DNA from: SAR86 cluster bacterium SAR86B
GTDB taxonomy: Bacteria > Pseudomonadota > Gammaproteobacteria > Magnimaribacterales > D2472
DNA length: 64,000 bases
Assembly (NCBI GenBank): GCA_905181955.1
Contig: CAJJAC010000010.1
Coordinates: 1,620-65,619 of the forward strand
Reading direction: 5' to 3'
The translations under genes and the position numbers were made by a program. Positions 19,905 through 30,876 of this stretch are shown here, piece by piece; the first letter of the stretch is position 1; every line of letters starts with the position of its first letter. The notes under the pieces are model-generated. The model was not told the DNA's origin. It made no database searches and worked only from the letters and a program-made list of their open reading frames with translations.

Positions 19905-21194
19905 TTATAAACCTTCCTTAATAATGTGTTCTATTTTTTCTATAACTGTATTTAAAATATTTTCATCATGCTTGGTAGAGATAAACCCTGCTTCATATTT
20001 TGATGGAGCAAAATAAATTCCATTGGTAATACATGCGTTTAAAAATTTAACAAATACTTTATCATTTGTTGCTACAACATCTTCAAAATTATTTGGCATT
20101 TTATTAGTGAAGAAAAATCCAAACATCCCCCCCATTTGATTTTTAACAAAATCAATATTATTAGCTGCCATGATTTTTGCCATACCCTCTAAAAGATATG
20201 ATGCTTTCATTTCTAAACTTTTATAAGGATCAGTCTTGATGAGCTCAGACAAAAGAGCTTCTCCAGCTGCCATTGCCAAAGGATTACCGGATAGAGTTCC
20301 TGCTTGATATATTGGGCCATCAGGCGCTAACTGATCCATTAAATCAGCCCTTCCGCCAAATGCTCCCACTGGAAGTCCTGCACCAATCACTTTTCCTAAA
20401 GCTGTTAGATCTGGTTTGATATCATATAACTCCTGAGCTCCACCAAGCGAAACTCTAAAACCACTCATTACCTCATCAAATATTAATATTGAATTATTTT
20501 GCTTAGAAACCTCTCTTACTAATTCAAGAAATGATTTATCAGCAGGAACAAAACCCATATTCCCTGCAACTGGCTCAATTATAATCGCAGCTAAATCATT
20601 CTTAATTTCATCAAAAACTCTCAAGAAATGCTCTTTATCGTTATAAGGACAACTTATTGTTAGAGATGCTAATTCTGCAGGAACACCTGGAGAATCAGGC
20701 AGACCAAATGTTGAAACTCCTGATCCAGCTTTTACAAGAAGAGAATCAGCATGCCCGTGATAACAGCCTGTAAATTTAATAATTTTATTTTTTCCAGTAC
20801 ATCCTCTTGCAAGTCTAATACAGCTCATTGTTGCTTCTGTTCCAGAGTTAACCATTCTAATTTTTTCTATTGAGGGAACGCATTGCTTGATCAGCTTTGC
20901 AACATTTGACTCTAGTCTTGTAGGAGCTCCAAAGCTTGTTCCAGCCTCGATTTGTTTATTAACTGCAGCAACTATTTTTGGATGAGTATGACCCATTATC
21001 ATAGGCCCCCAAGAGCCTATAAAATCTACATATTCATTATCATCTTCATCATATAAAAAAGCGCCTTTTGCACTTTTAAAAAATATTGGAGAACCACCAA
21101 TATTTTTAAAAGCTCTAACAGGAGAATTAACACCTCCAGGCATTAAGTCTTTAGCTTCTTCAAATAACTCTTTTGATGTATTAATTTTTTTCAA
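19905..21194 (-). CDS. hemL: Glutamate-1-semialdehyde 2,1-aminomutase
   Basis: GGVNSPVRAF, FDEVMSGFR and GKVIGAGLPVGAFGG (PLP lysine) motifs. Confidence 0.95.
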   Translation of the reverse strand: MKKINTSKELFEEAKDLMPGGVNSPVRAFKNIGGSPIFFKSAKGAFLYDEDDNEYVDFIGSWGPMIMGHTHPKIVAAVNKQIEAGTSFGAPTRLESNVAKLIKQCVPSIEKIRMVNSGTEATMSCIRLARGCTGKNKIIKFTGCYHGHADSLLVKAGSGVSTFGLPDSPGVPAELASLTISCPYNDKEHFLRVFDEIKNDLAAIIIEPVAGNMGFVPADKSFLELVREVSKQNNSILIFDEVMSGFRVSLGGAQELYDIKPDLTALGKVIGAGLPVGAFGGRADLMDQLAPDGPIYQAGTLSGNPLAMAAGEALLSELIKTDPYKSLEMKASYLLEGMAKIMAANNIDFVKNQMGGMFGFFFTNKMPNNFEDVVATNDKVFVKFLNACITNGIYFAPSKYEAGFISTKHDENILNTVIEKIEHIIKEGL

Positions 21195-21275
21195 TTTATT
21201 AGTTTCCAGGAAAAAATTGCTAGCTTAAAAATTTCTATTTTGAACAGAAAGCAATGATATCAAATTTTTACAAAG

Positions 21276-21803
21276 TTACTTCAATAAGACTATTTGATTT
21301 GCAAAGGCGTCAACTTTCATCCAATCAGTAAATTCGTAGGTTCCTGATGTATCCGTTGGACCTTTAGTCATCCACATGATAAATCTAATCATGTGCTTAT
21401 CTATAAATTTATACTTTGGATAATCTATCTTTCCAGCAAAAACCTCTAAGGCATTAGGCTTCCAAGCTGACAATGAAAGAAATTTCTGCATATAAGGGTT
21501 TGTACTTGGTGTATTTTTCTCTGGTTTTCTTGCAACAACATTTACTGAAAAGAATGCATTTTTTTTAGATTCCAATGTAGAAATATTTTTATCAATGAAT
21601 TTATAAAGCTCAGGTTTGTGTTTCCCATACCTAATGCTTGCACCTATAACTAATTGATCATATTTAAAAAGATCTAATTTATTAGCTTCATCAAGAGAAA
21701 CCACTTCTACGTCATTGATCTTACTTATTACTGAAGCAATCGTATTGCAAATAGTTTTAGTTTGCCCGTCTGTTGTTGAATATATAATTAGAGTTGAAGT
21801 CAT
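21276..21803 (-). CDS. hemG: Quinone-dependent protoporphyrinogen IX dehydrogenase (flavodoxin-like)
   Basis: 175 aa. IYSTTDGQT, GASIRYGKH and SVNVVARKPEKNTP closely mirror E. coli HemG. Confidence 0.85.
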   Translation of the reverse strand: MTSTLIIYSTTDGQTKTICNTIASVISKINDVEVVSLDEANKLDLFKYDQLVIGASIRYGKHKPELYKFIDKNISTLESKKNAFFSVNVVARKPEKNTPSTNPYMQKFLSLSAWKPNALEVFAGKIDYPKYKFIDKHMIRFIMWMTKGPTDTSGTYEFTDWMKVDAFANQIVLLK

Positions 21804-21922
21804 GGCGTCATGGATATTTTTATAGACATATTTTAGCCTTTCCTTCCCAATTATTCAGATCAATTTTGTAATTAGAATAATTATTAACTTAATCTGATAA
21901 AATTGTTTTTATAATTAATATT

Positions 21923-22264
21923 ATGAATACAGAAAATTTAATACAATCCCTTGCTTTAACTGATTCCGCAGTTGAAAGGATAGCTTTAGTAATTAATGCT
22001 GAGAAAAAGTCTAGATTCAGAGTTTATGTAACTGGTGGAGGCTGCTCTGGCTTTCAATACGGTTTTAAATTTGATGATGATGTTGCTTTTGATGATGAGG
22101 TTTTAGATTACAAAGGTTTTTCTGTCTTGCTCGATTCTCTTTCATACCCATACTTATACGGCTCAACTCTAGATTACGTAGAAGATTTATCTGGAGCAAA
22201 ATTTGTTGTTAATAATCCAAATGCAAAAACCACATGCGGATGTGGAGAATCTTTCGCTATATAG
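21923..22264 (+). CDS. erpA: Iron-sulfur cluster insertion protein (A-type carrier)
   Basis: GGGCSGFQY and C-terminal CGCGESF motifs, 113 aa. Confidence 0.9.
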   Translation: MNTENLIQSLALTDSAVERIALVINAEKKSRFRVYVTGGGCSGFQYGFKFDDDVAFDDEVLDYKGFSVLLDSLSYPYLYGSTLDYVEDLSGAKFVVNNPNAKTTCGCGESFAI

Positions 22265-23360
22265 ATTTAGTAACAGAGCCAAGTAAAGCTGGCATAACTC
22301 TATTATTTTTTAATTGCACTTCAGACGAAATATTATTTACCCTTCTGTATGCTAACCAGCCAAATGCCATTGATTCAATTGCTTGAGCATCAAATCCTAG
22401 ATCAGATGTTAATTTAATAGGCATATTTAAGTGAAAAGAGATTCTTTTTAAAAGTGTTTTATTCTTGCTTCCACCACCACATACATAAACATTTTTAAAA
22501 TCATGGTTTTCTTTTTTGATAGCGTTTGAAATAGTTATAGCTGTAAATTCAACCAAGGTTGCAAGAATATCCTTCTTATCTTGTTTAAGAAGATTTTTTG
22601 ACATGTACTTAAAATTAAATAATTCTTTGCCGGTAGACTTAGGAGATTTCTTTTTAAAAAAACTATTTGATAATAACTTTTTAAGTTCTTTATCAATTAC
22701 GATTCCTTTTTCAGCAATAGAGCCATTACGGTCAAATTCCAAATCAAGCACTTTAGAGCAATATGCATCCATTAAAGCATTACCAGGACCAGTATCTGTT
22801 CCAAAATATGATCCATTAGTTTGAACATGTGTATAGTTTGAGATACCACCAATATTTAAAATGATTCTAGACTCTTTTTTAGATTTAAAAAGTTCAGCAT
22901 GGAATTCTGGAACGAGCGGAGCTCCTTCTCCTCCTTTTGCAATATGCATATTCCTAAAATCACTCACTACGGTGGTTCCAGTCAATACTGAGACTATATT
23001 AGGATCACCAATCTGAGTTGAAAAATTATTTTTTATATCAGGCTCATGTCTTATAGTTTGACCAGATATACCAGTTACAATATTTTTAGGATCTTTTAAA
23101 ACATTTTTATCAATTATTTTTGATATTGCCTTTGCAAAGATTGAACCTATCTTTTTATTCAGCACACCCAAGTCGGATAAAGATATAAGGTTATTATTTA
23201 TAGTATTGCTTATTTCATCACTCAAATTCTTTGGAATTTTTATTGAATTAAAAGCTTCTAATTTTATATTTTTCTTTGTTATTGAGATTAAAGATACATC
23301 TACAGCATCGTGGCTAGTACCGCTCATTGCGCCTATGTATAGCTTTGAATTAGTTGGCAT
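22257..23360 (-). CDS. anmK: Anhydro-N-acetylmuramic acid kinase
   Basis: GAMSGTSHDAVD N-terminus, NIGGISN and DTGPGNALMD motifs. Confidence 0.9.
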   Translation of the reverse strand: MPTNSKLYIGAMSGTSHDAVDVSLISITKKNIKLEAFNSIKIPKNLSDEISNTINNNLISLSDLGVLNKKIGSIFAKAISKIIDKNVLKDPKNIVTGISGQTIRHEPDIKNNFSTQIGDPNIVSVLTGTTVVSDFRNMHIAKGGEGAPLVPEFHAELFKSKKESRIILNIGGISNYTHVQTNGSYFGTDTGPGNALMDAYCSKVLDLEFDRNGSIAEKGIVIDKELKKLLSNSFFKKKSPKSTGKELFNFKYMSKNLLKQDKKDILATLVEFTAITISNAIKKENHDFKNVYVCGGGSKNKTLLKRISFHLNMPIKLTSDLGFDAQAIESMAFGWLAYRRVNNISSEVQLKNNRVMPALLGSVTKSI

Positions 23361-24600
23361 TAGGGTCTAAATTATTAAATCTTTCTAATAGCTTATTGTT
23401 TTCAGCCAATAATGCAAAGAAGTCTTCTGTTTGTTCCGCTGGGACTGGTTGCGCTGAAGGTAATTTTACTCTCATCGGGTCTGTTCTTTTAGATCCAACT
23501 TTAAACTCATAATGAAGATGAGTTCCTGTTGCTGCACCTGAATCACCAACATAACCAATAGTTTGTCCTTGAGAGACTTTAGATCCAACTTTTAACTTGT
23601 TATTAAAGCTTTCCATATGAGCATATAAGGTAGAAATATTTCCACCATGTTTAATTTGAACCGTTCTTCCATATCCTGACTTTGTTCCTATAAACTTTAT
23701 TACACCATCTCCTGAAGCTCTAATAGGAGTATTTCTTACTGCAGCATAATCCACGCCATTGTGTGCTTTTATTCTATGCAGAATAGGGTGCATTCTATTT
23801 GGATTAAAGTGAGAACTTATATAAGCAAAATCTAGAGGAGCTCGTAAAAAAGCCTTTTTTATATTATTTCCAGAGCTATCATAATATTCTTTACCTAATT
23901 TAGGATTAAAGAATCTATAAGCATTATAAATTTCACCCTGATTAATAAATTCTGCAAAGACTATGTCACCATTTTCAGCAATCTCTCCCTCAGCATATAC
24001 AGTTTCATAGATTAATTTAAAAGTATCACCTTTACGAATATCAAATACAAAATCAATATCCCATCCGAATAAGTAAGCTAAATCCATAATGACACTATCT
24101 GGAATATCAGATTTGAGCCCAGCTTCGTAAAATGAAGAGCTTATGATACCGCTTTTGAAGCTTGTAACTATCTCAGGCTCTTTGGCTGTTTTGACTATAG
24201 ATATCTCATCATTCAGATCAATGATTAATGAATTAATATTATCTTTAATCACTTCAATCTTAATAATTTCATCATCAAGATAAGTAAATCGCATTTTATT
24301 CCCCGGCCTAATATCTCTTAGTGAGCCAGCTGTGTCTTTTCTAAAAATTTTATAGGCTGTATTTAGTGGAACTTTAAATTCTTCAAAAATGATTGAAAGA
24401 TTTTCTCCATCTTTTACAGTATAAAAATCATAAGACTGAGTGGGAGAAGAAGTGGAGGTTATTTCTTCTGATTCAAATACATCTTCTATGGGTAATTCAG
24501 GATTATTTTTTATATCAAGATTAATAAGAAGAACGAATGCGATAAATATTACAAATACTGCCACGACATATTTAAAAGAGACTCTCTTAAATCCAATCAT
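23350..24600 (-). CDS. M23-family murein DD-endopeptidase with N-terminal anchor and OapA/LysM-like domain
   Basis: HNGVDYAA ... GDSGAATGTHLHYEF M23 zinc motifs. Confidence 0.85.
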   Translation of the reverse strand: MIGFKRVSFKYVVAVFVIFIAFVLLINLDIKNNPELPIEDVFESEEITSTSSPTQSYDFYTVKDGENLSIIFEEFKVPLNTAYKIFRKDTAGSLRDIRPGNKMRFTYLDDEIIKIEVIKDNINSLIIDLNDEISIVKTAKEPEIVTSFKSGIISSSFYEAGLKSDIPDSVIMDLAYLFGWDIDFVFDIRKGDTFKLIYETVYAEGEIAENGDIVFAEFINQGEIYNAYRFFNPKLGKEYYDSSGNNIKKAFLRAPLDFAYISSHFNPNRMHPILHRIKAHNGVDYAAVRNTPIRASGDGVIKFIGTKSGYGRTVQIKHGGNISTLYAHMESFNNKLKVGSKVSQGQTIGYVGDSGAATGTHLHYEFKVGSKRTDPMRVKLPSAQPVPAEQTEDFFALLAENNKLLERFNNLDPNAN

Positions 24601-24602
24601 AT

Positions 24603-27600
24603 TTATTCTTTATCTAAATTAAGCAACTCGGTGTTACCACCAAAAGCCACTGTATTTTTAGAAACCACTCTTTCATTAACAAATTGTAATAAATAGTTTG
24701 GACCGCCTGCTTTTAGACCGCATCCTGATAAGCCTTCACCACCAAATGGCTGCACGCCAACCACTGCACCAACCATGTCTCTATTAATATAAGCATTACC
24801 CGCCGAAAGCAATGATGATATTTCATCATGTTTAGACTCTATTCGAGAATGCACGCCTAAGGTTAAACCAAAATTTTTATCATTAATTTCTTTCAAGCTT
24901 TCTGCAAGAGCAGAAGCTTTGTATTTATAGATATGCAATATTGGTCCAAATTGTTCTTCATGAATCTCATCTAATGAATTTAATTCTATTAAGCATGGAG
25001 AAATAATATTTTTTTCTAAAACATGCTCATGAGATTGGAATATCTTATTAGCATCGCTAAATGAACTTATGTAGTCTGCCAATTTTTTAAAAGCATCTTT
25101 ATTAATTATGGGACCAACTTCAGTTTCAAAATCATCAGGAGTGCCCAAAGTCATTTCTTTCATGGCACCAGTTAATATTTCCCACATGTCATCATAGATT
25201 TCCTCTTGAACCAGTATGAGTCGAAGAGCAGAACATCTTTGACCGGCTGAATTAAAAGCTGACCTAACGACATCATCAGTGACTTGTTCTAAAAGAGCAC
25301 TTGAATCAACAACCATTACATTCAAGCCACCAGTTTCAGCAATAATTGGAGTTATAGCGCCTTCTTTAGATGCTAAATTTTTATTAATATATTTTGCAGT
25401 CTTATGAGAGCCTGTAAAACTTACGCCTTGGATATTATCAATTTTACTAAGTACATTACCTTGATCTGCTCCTCCTAAAATTAAAGTTAAAGTTTCTTTT
25501 GGGACGCCTGCTTTGTAGAAGAGTTCTATTATTTTATAGCCTATTAAAGAGGCATATTCCGAAGGCTTTACGACAACATTATTGCCAGTAATTAATGCAG
25601 CACTTATCTGCCCAACTAAAATGGCAGCAGGAAAATTCCATGGACTTATGCAAAGAAAAGTACCTTTTGGATGATATGAAATCTCATTAAGCTCACCAGT
25701 TGGTCCTTTTAGCTCTCTAGGTTTTGCTTGAATGTGATTCGCTTCATTACAATAAAATCTTAAAAAGTCTTCAGCCTCTCTAAGCTCATCCCAGGCGTCA
25801 TGAATAGTTTTTCCAGTTTCATGTAATAAGAGATATAAGAGCTCATCAGCATTAAATTGAATAAGATCAGCTACCTTTTGCAAGATATGACTTCTATGGT
25901 TTATATCTGTCTTACCCCAGTCATAATTTATAGATTTATCACCTAAAGTATTTTTAATTGAATCAGGTGTATCAAATGTTACTGATCCAATAACTCTGTC
26001 ATCACACAGTGACTTAACTTCAGTTTTAGATCCAGATGAATTAATAGAGGACGTTGCATCAAATATAATATTTTTAAATTTTTCTAGATTTGATTTCACA
26101 CTATCAATATTTTCTCTTTCTGTGAGATCAAGGCCGGGAGAATTATCTCTGTCGTCAAACATATTTTTTGGCAATTTTATTTTTAGTAAATTATTTTTTT
26201 CTAGCTTGGATTTTAATACTTTTGCAGGATTTTCTGCTAATTTTTTAGCATCAACCTCTGAATCAAGAAGTCTGTTAATAAATGAGCTATTAGCCCCATT
26301 CTCTAATAATCTTCTGACTAGATAGGGCAATAGGTCTTTATATGCGCCTATAGGGGCATAAATACTAGTTTTAGGAATATCTTCACATACCTTATTGGCA
26401 GAATCATATAATAATTCGCCCATCCCAAATAATCTTTGAAATTCATAATTCTTATCTAAACCCATGTGGTAAATAGCTGAGATAGTATGCGCATTATGTG
26501 TAGCAAATTTTGGATAGATTTTATCTATATCAAATATTTTTTTGGCAGTGTGTAAATAGCTTAAATCTGTGAGACTTTTATTTGTATAAACTGAATACCC
26601 TGGATGAGATTTTATTTGAGATTGTTTTATTTCATAATCCCAATAGGCGCCTTTAACTAATCTTATGTGAATGGGGGCTCTATTTTTTAATATATTATCT
26701 GCCCAATCAATAACTTCTAAAGATCTCTTTCCATAGGCTTGAACAGCCATACCAATGTTGTCCCAATCTTTATATTCTTTTTTCAATAATATATTACTGA
26801 TCAACTCTAAAGAAATTGAAAGTCTATCCTGTTCTTCAGCATCGATTGTTACTTGAACATCTTTTTTAAAGGCAAGGTCTAGCAGTGCATCTAATTTAGG
26901 GGTTAAATTATTTTTAATATGAGTCTGATTAAGCATTTCATATTTTGGACTTAATGCTGAAATCTTAATAGAAACACCATTATTAGTTTTATGCTTATCA
27001 TTAATAGCACTTACATTATTAATAGCATCCTCATAAGCAATAAAGTAATTATTTGCTTGAGCCTCTGTTCTGGCTGCTTCTCCTAACATATCAAAAGAAT
27101 ATGAATCTTTTTCAATACCCTTAATGCTATTAATGTCTTGAAAATCTCTTCCCATAACAAACTCGCCACTTAGAATTTTCATTGCCATCATAATGGCTTC
27201 TCTTACAGGTATTTCCCCAGATTTTGTAGTTAATGCGTTAAGCCATTTAAGTGGATTACTAGAAAGCTCATTCGATGGCTTTATAATTTTCCCTGCCAAT
27301 AAGAGCCCCCAAGTAGAGGCATTTACCAGAAGACTATCTGCTTTATTTAAGTGAGCTTCCCATGCGCCCGCAGTAATTTTTTCAGATATTAAAATATTTC
27401 TTGTATGACTATCTGGAATTCTAAGTAATGATTCTGCTAAACACATTAAGGCAACACCTTCATTATTAGAAAGGCCATATTCGCTTAAAAATGCATCAAG
27501 CTGCGTGCGCTCACTTTTTCGATCTCTGCAAAGCTTAATTATATTTACAGCAGCTTCTTCTATAGACGGATTATCAAGAAATGCACTATCAGCTATAAAG

Positions 27601-27650
27601 CCTTTAGCTAAAATCTCTTCAGAATAAAACTTTTTTTCTATGACTGACAT
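24603..27650 (-). CDS. putA: Bifunctional proline dehydrogenase / 1-pyrroline-5-carboxylate dehydrogenase, without N-terminal ribbon-helix-helix domain
   Basis: 1015 aa. PRODH barrel followed by an aldehyde dehydrogenase domain (ETGG, GQRCSA catalytic Cys). Confidence 0.9.
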   Translation of the reverse strand: MSVIEKKFYSEEILAKGFIADSAFLDNPSIEEAAVNIIKLCRDRKSERTQLDAFLSEYGLSNNEGVALMCLAESLLRIPDSHTRNILISEKITAGAWEAHLNKADSLLVNASTWGLLLAGKIIKPSNELSSNPLKWLNALTTKSGEIPVREAIMMAMKILSGEFVMGRDFQDINSIKGIEKDSYSFDMLGEAARTEAQANNYFIAYEDAINNVSAINDKHKTNNGVSIKISALSPKYEMLNQTHIKNNLTPKLDALLDLAFKKDVQVTIDAEEQDRLSISLELISNILLKKEYKDWDNIGMAVQAYGKRSLEVIDWADNILKNRAPIHIRLVKGAYWDYEIKQSQIKSHPGYSVYTNKSLTDLSYLHTAKKIFDIDKIYPKFATHNAHTISAIYHMGLDKNYEFQRLFGMGELLYDSANKVCEDIPKTSIYAPIGAYKDLLPYLVRRLLENGANSSFINRLLDSEVDAKKLAENPAKVLKSKLEKNNLLKIKLPKNMFDDRDNSPGLDLTERENIDSVKSNLEKFKNIIFDATSSINSSGSKTEVKSLCDDRVIGSVTFDTPDSIKNTLGDKSINYDWGKTDINHRSHILQKVADLIQFNADELLYLLLHETGKTIHDAWDELREAEDFLRFYCNEANHIQAKPRELKGPTGELNEISYHPKGTFLCISPWNFPAAILVGQISAALITGNNVVVKPSEYASLIGYKIIELFYKAGVPKETLTLILGGADQGNVLSKIDNIQGVSFTGSHKTAKYINKNLASKEGAITPIIAETGGLNVMVVDSSALLEQVTDDVVRSAFNSAGQRCSALRLILVQEEIYDDMWEILTGAMKEMTLGTPDDFETEVGPIINKDAFKKLADYISSFSDANKIFQSHEHVLEKNIISPCLIELNSLDEIHEEQFGPILHIYKYKASALAESLKEINDKNFGLTLGVHSRIESKHDEISSLLSAGNAYINRDMVGAVVGVQPFGGEGLSGCGLKAGGPNYLLQFVNERVVSKNTVAFGGNTELLNLDKE

Positions 27651-27777
27651 CTGTAGTATTTTAATCTTATGTTCATAACTATCAATGCCTCCCTAATCTT
27701 AAGTGCGTTTTGATTTAGTTATGAAAACCCAGGAATTTTCTAAATCTCTTAATAATATTATGGTAGTCTAGCAATAT

Positions 27778-28965
27778 ATGAAAGAGGCACTAAAACTAAT
27801 TAAACGCGGTACTGATGAGATTCTTACAGAAGCAGATCTAAAAAAGAAACTTGATTCTGGTAAGCAGTTAATTATAAAAGCTGGTTTTGATCCCACAGCA
27901 CCTGATCTTCATCTTGGTCATACAGTTCTACTTAATAAATTAAGACATTTTCAAGAACTAGGGCATAAAGTTATATTTTTAATTGGTGATTTTACTGGCC
28001 AAATAGGCGATCCATCTGGAAAAAATAAAACTAGACCAACATTAGATGCTGCTCAATTAGCAGAGAATTCCAAAACATATCAAACTCAGGTTTTCAAAAT
28101 CTTAAAAGAAGAGTTAACAGAAGTTCGATTTAATTCAGAGTGGTGTAACGATCTTGGAGCTAGTGGCCTTATAAAGCTTGCATCTAAATACAATGTTGCT
28201 CGAATGCTAGAGAGAGATGATTTTAATAAACGTTATAACTCTAATCAAAGCATTGCAGTGCATGAATTTTTATATCCTTTAATTCAAGGTTATGACTCTG
28301 TTGTGCTCAAAGCAGATGTTGAGTGCGGTGGTACAGATCAAAAATTTAATTTATTAGTCGGCAGAGAGCTTCAAAGGTCTTATGACCAAGACCCGCAAGT
28401 CGTTCTTACAGTTCCGATTCTTGAGGGATTAGATGGAACTAATAAGATGTCAAAATCGCTTAATAATTATATTGGTATAAATGAGGCTCCTGATGAGATG
28501 TTCGGAAAAATTATGTCAATTTCAGATGAGCTTATGTGGAAATGGTTTGAGTTACTTAGCTTTATTTCAGAAGCAGAGATTGCCTCATTGAAACAAGAAA
28601 TGGATGCAGGAAAAAACCCTAGAGATATAAAATTTATCCTAGCTGAAGAGTTAGTAGATAGATTCCATGCTGCAGGCGATGGTGAAGCTTGCAAGGAAGC
28701 ATTCTTACAAAGATTTCAAAAAGGTTTAATGCCTGATGATATTCCAAGCATTTCTGTAGATATTAATGGTGACAGCATGCCTTTAGTTAATTTATTAAAA
28801 AATACAGAGATGGTAACTAGTACCTCGGAAGCTGCGCGACTTATCAAGCAGGGTGGGGTAAAAATAGATTCTGAAAAAGTAGAGGATCCCAAGCTAGAGA
28901 TTACAAAGGGCAGCGAAGCTATTTATCAAGTTGGAAAAAGAAAATTTTTAAAAATAAAGGTCTAA
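27778..28965 (+). CDS. tyrS: Tyrosine--tRNA ligase (type 2)
   Basis: HLGH and KMSKS class I motifs, C-terminal S4-like domain. Confidence 0.95.
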   Translation: MKEALKLIKRGTDEILTEADLKKKLDSGKQLIIKAGFDPTAPDLHLGHTVLLNKLRHFQELGHKVIFLIGDFTGQIGDPSGKNKTRPTLDAAQLAENSKTYQTQVFKILKEELTEVRFNSEWCNDLGASGLIKLASKYNVARMLERDDFNKRYNSNQSIAVHEFLYPLIQGYDSVVLKADVECGGTDQKFNLLVGRELQRSYDQDPQVVLTVPILEGLDGTNKMSKSLNNYIGINEAPDEMFGKIMSISDELMWKWFELLSFISEAEIASLKQEMDAGKNPRDIKFILAEELVDRFHAAGDGEACKEAFLQRFQKGLMPDDIPSISVDINGDSMPLVNLLKNTEMVTSTSEAARLIKQGGVKIDSEKVEDPKLEITKGSEAIYQVGKRKFLKIKV

Positions 28966-28967
28966 GT

Positions 28968-29453
28968 ATGAAAAAAGTATTCCAGTTGTGCGTTTTATTT
29001 ATCCTAGTTAGTTGCGGCCAAGAGGAGAACATTAGCCTTAGTGTTCCTCAAAGTGTAATGGATAAAAATATGCAAGAGGGAGAGTTATTTCTTCAATCCA
29101 ATCTATCTCAAAATGGAGTGATTGAAGTTGAGCGAGGACTGCAATATCTTGTTCTTAATAATGGAGATGATGGAGCAAGAAAACCACGCCCATCTGATAA
29201 AGTTACTGCGCATTTTCATGGAACTCTTTTAGATGGAACAGTCTTTTGGAGCTCAGTTGATATGAATGACCCATTAATTATCAAACCATCTCAATTAATT
29301 CCAGGTTGTCAGAAAATATTACCTCTTATGAAACTAGGCGATAAATGGAAAGTATTTATTCATCCTGATATGGCGTATGGGGTGGAAGGGCGACCAACTA
29401 TTCCTTCAAATTCAGTCTTAACTTTTGATATTGAGCTTTTGGCAATTAATTAA
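28968..29453 (+). CDS. FKBP-type peptidyl-prolyl cis-trans isomerase, probable lipoprotein
   Basis: LVSCG lipobox. FKBP core HFHGTLLDGTVF...YG...IPSNSVLTFDIELL. Confidence 0.85.
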   Translation: MKKVFQLCVLFILVSCGQEENISLSVPQSVMDKNMQEGELFLQSNLSQNGVIEVERGLQYLVLNNGDDGARKPRPSDKVTAHFHGTLLDGTVFWSSVDMNDPLIIKPSQLIPGCQKILPLMKLGDKWKVFIHPDMAYGVEGRPTIPSNSVLTFDIELLAIN

Positions 29454-29472
29454 TCGCTGGAATTTATCCTTC

Positions 29473-29889
29473 TTAATTTTCCTCAGCAGAGGCTTCTTTT
29501 CTTAATTTAATTTTCGATAAGCTCATCTTATCTTTCATGCTCATGATGTAGGCTGAGATAGATAAGAGCAATATACCTGAAGCTTCATAAATGATATTAA
29601 TACCATCAAAACCTTTGCTTTGAATAACTATCATTCGAGTTAAAGCGGTAATAGCAATAATAATTGGAAGTGTGACTGGGATACGTTTGTCTCGGTAGAA
29701 GATGCCTACCATTCCTAAGACTTCTGCATAGATAAATAGCAGGAAAAGATCACTTAAGTCTATGACCTGTATCATGATTAATCTTTCGATTTCTATACCT
29801 GCTGCAAATAGTGTTGCTAAAGCGATAGCCGCTAAAATAACGCCTTCACCAAACCATATAAATTGCTGTAACCATTTATTTTTTTTCAT
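29473..29889 (-). CDS. PsiE-like small inner-membrane protein
   Basis: 138 aa with four hydrophobic helices. The FIYAEVLGMV...IAITALTRMIVIQ pattern parallels E. coli PsiE. Confidence 0.5.
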   Translation of the reverse strand: MKKNKWLQQFIWFGEGVILAAIALATLFAAGIEIERLIMIQVIDLSDLFLLFIYAEVLGMVGIFYRDKRIPVTLPIIIAITALTRMIVIQSKGFDGINIIYEASGILLLSISAYIMSMKDKMSLSKIKLRKEASAEEN

Positions 29890-29973
29890 AGATCTATTAA
29901 AAACAAAAAAGCCCTATTTAACAAGATTTAAAAGAATCATTTTTTATATATATGCAATTTAAATCAACAAGAA

Positions 29974-30051
<78 letters not shown>

Positions 30052-30131
30052 ATTATTTTATGCATCAGCATATAATGGAAGATGGATTATAAATACTTTT
30101 ATGATTGATGTCTCCTCATCCTAAATATTTT

Positions 30132-30869
30132 TTATGACAATCCAAGTTTCTTTGATTTACGAAAACTGTTTATTGAAAATGGAATGCTCAATAAATAAGC
30201 AATAGCTAATATAGAAATAAATACCCATAAAAAATTTATTAACAGCAACACTATAGTAAAAAATATAATAAGAGTCGGAAGAGAATGCGCTCTCCTTAAT
30301 TGAAATGAAGAATTTTTAAGAGAATATGTTGGTATGTTACTTATTAATAGGAAAGCAATTACAAGAGTATAAAAAGCTAATAAGTTTGGGTAGTTAGTCC
30401 ACCAATTAAAGCTAATAAAGGAATGTGCAACCGGTAACAAAATTAATATCGCTCCTGCTGGAGTCGGAACTCCTTTAAAAAAACTTTTCGGGTTAGGTTC
30501 TAAATTTGAATTATTATCAATATTAAAAAGCGCCAATCTCAGACAGGAAAAGATAATAAAAAGCAGAAGAGATAACCAGCTTACTAGACCCATATCACTC
30601 ATTAAACTCATATATAACAATAAACTCGGTGCTATACCAAAATTTACAAAATCTGCTAAAGAGTCAAGCTGTGCTCCTAATTCAGAATGTGCTTGTAATA
30701 AAGATGCCATCAATCCATCGAGCAGATCACATACTGCAGCAATAAGGATACATATTAAGCTAGCTTGATATTGTCCTTCAAGAGCAAATCGCATAGAAGT
30801 AATTCCAAAACAAAGCCCTGAAAGAGTTATTAAATTTGGAATCAAAGCGCGGATGGCTGGTTTTTGCAT
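30132..30869 (-). CDS. pssA: CDP-alcohol phosphatidyltransferase, phosphatidylserine synthase type
   Basis: DLLDGLMA...GAQLDSLADFV (DG..AR...G...D...D-type motif), multi-pass membrane protein, 7 nt downstream of psd. Confidence 0.8.
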   Translation of the reverse strand: MQKPAIRALIPNLITLSGLCFGITSMRFALEGQYQASLICILIAAVCDLLDGLMASLLQAHSELGAQLDSLADFVNFGIAPSLLLYMSLMSDMGLVSWLSLLLFIIFSCLRLALFNIDNNSNLEPNPKSFFKGVPTPAGAILILLPVAHSFISFNWWTNYPNLLAFYTLVIAFLLISNIPTYSLKNSSFQLRRAHSLPTLIIFFTIVLLLINFLWVFISILAIAYLLSIPFSINSFRKSKKLGLS

Positions 30870-30876
30870 AACCTAA

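Noticed and set aside
21871-21887. ATTAGAATAATTATTAA upstream of erpA, resembling the Fur-like operator (13/17)
   Set aside because: The outer palindrome positions are lost. At about 30% G+C, a 13/17 match made only of A/T-rich positions is expected by chance. It should be kept only as a site to re-score with a proper PWM.
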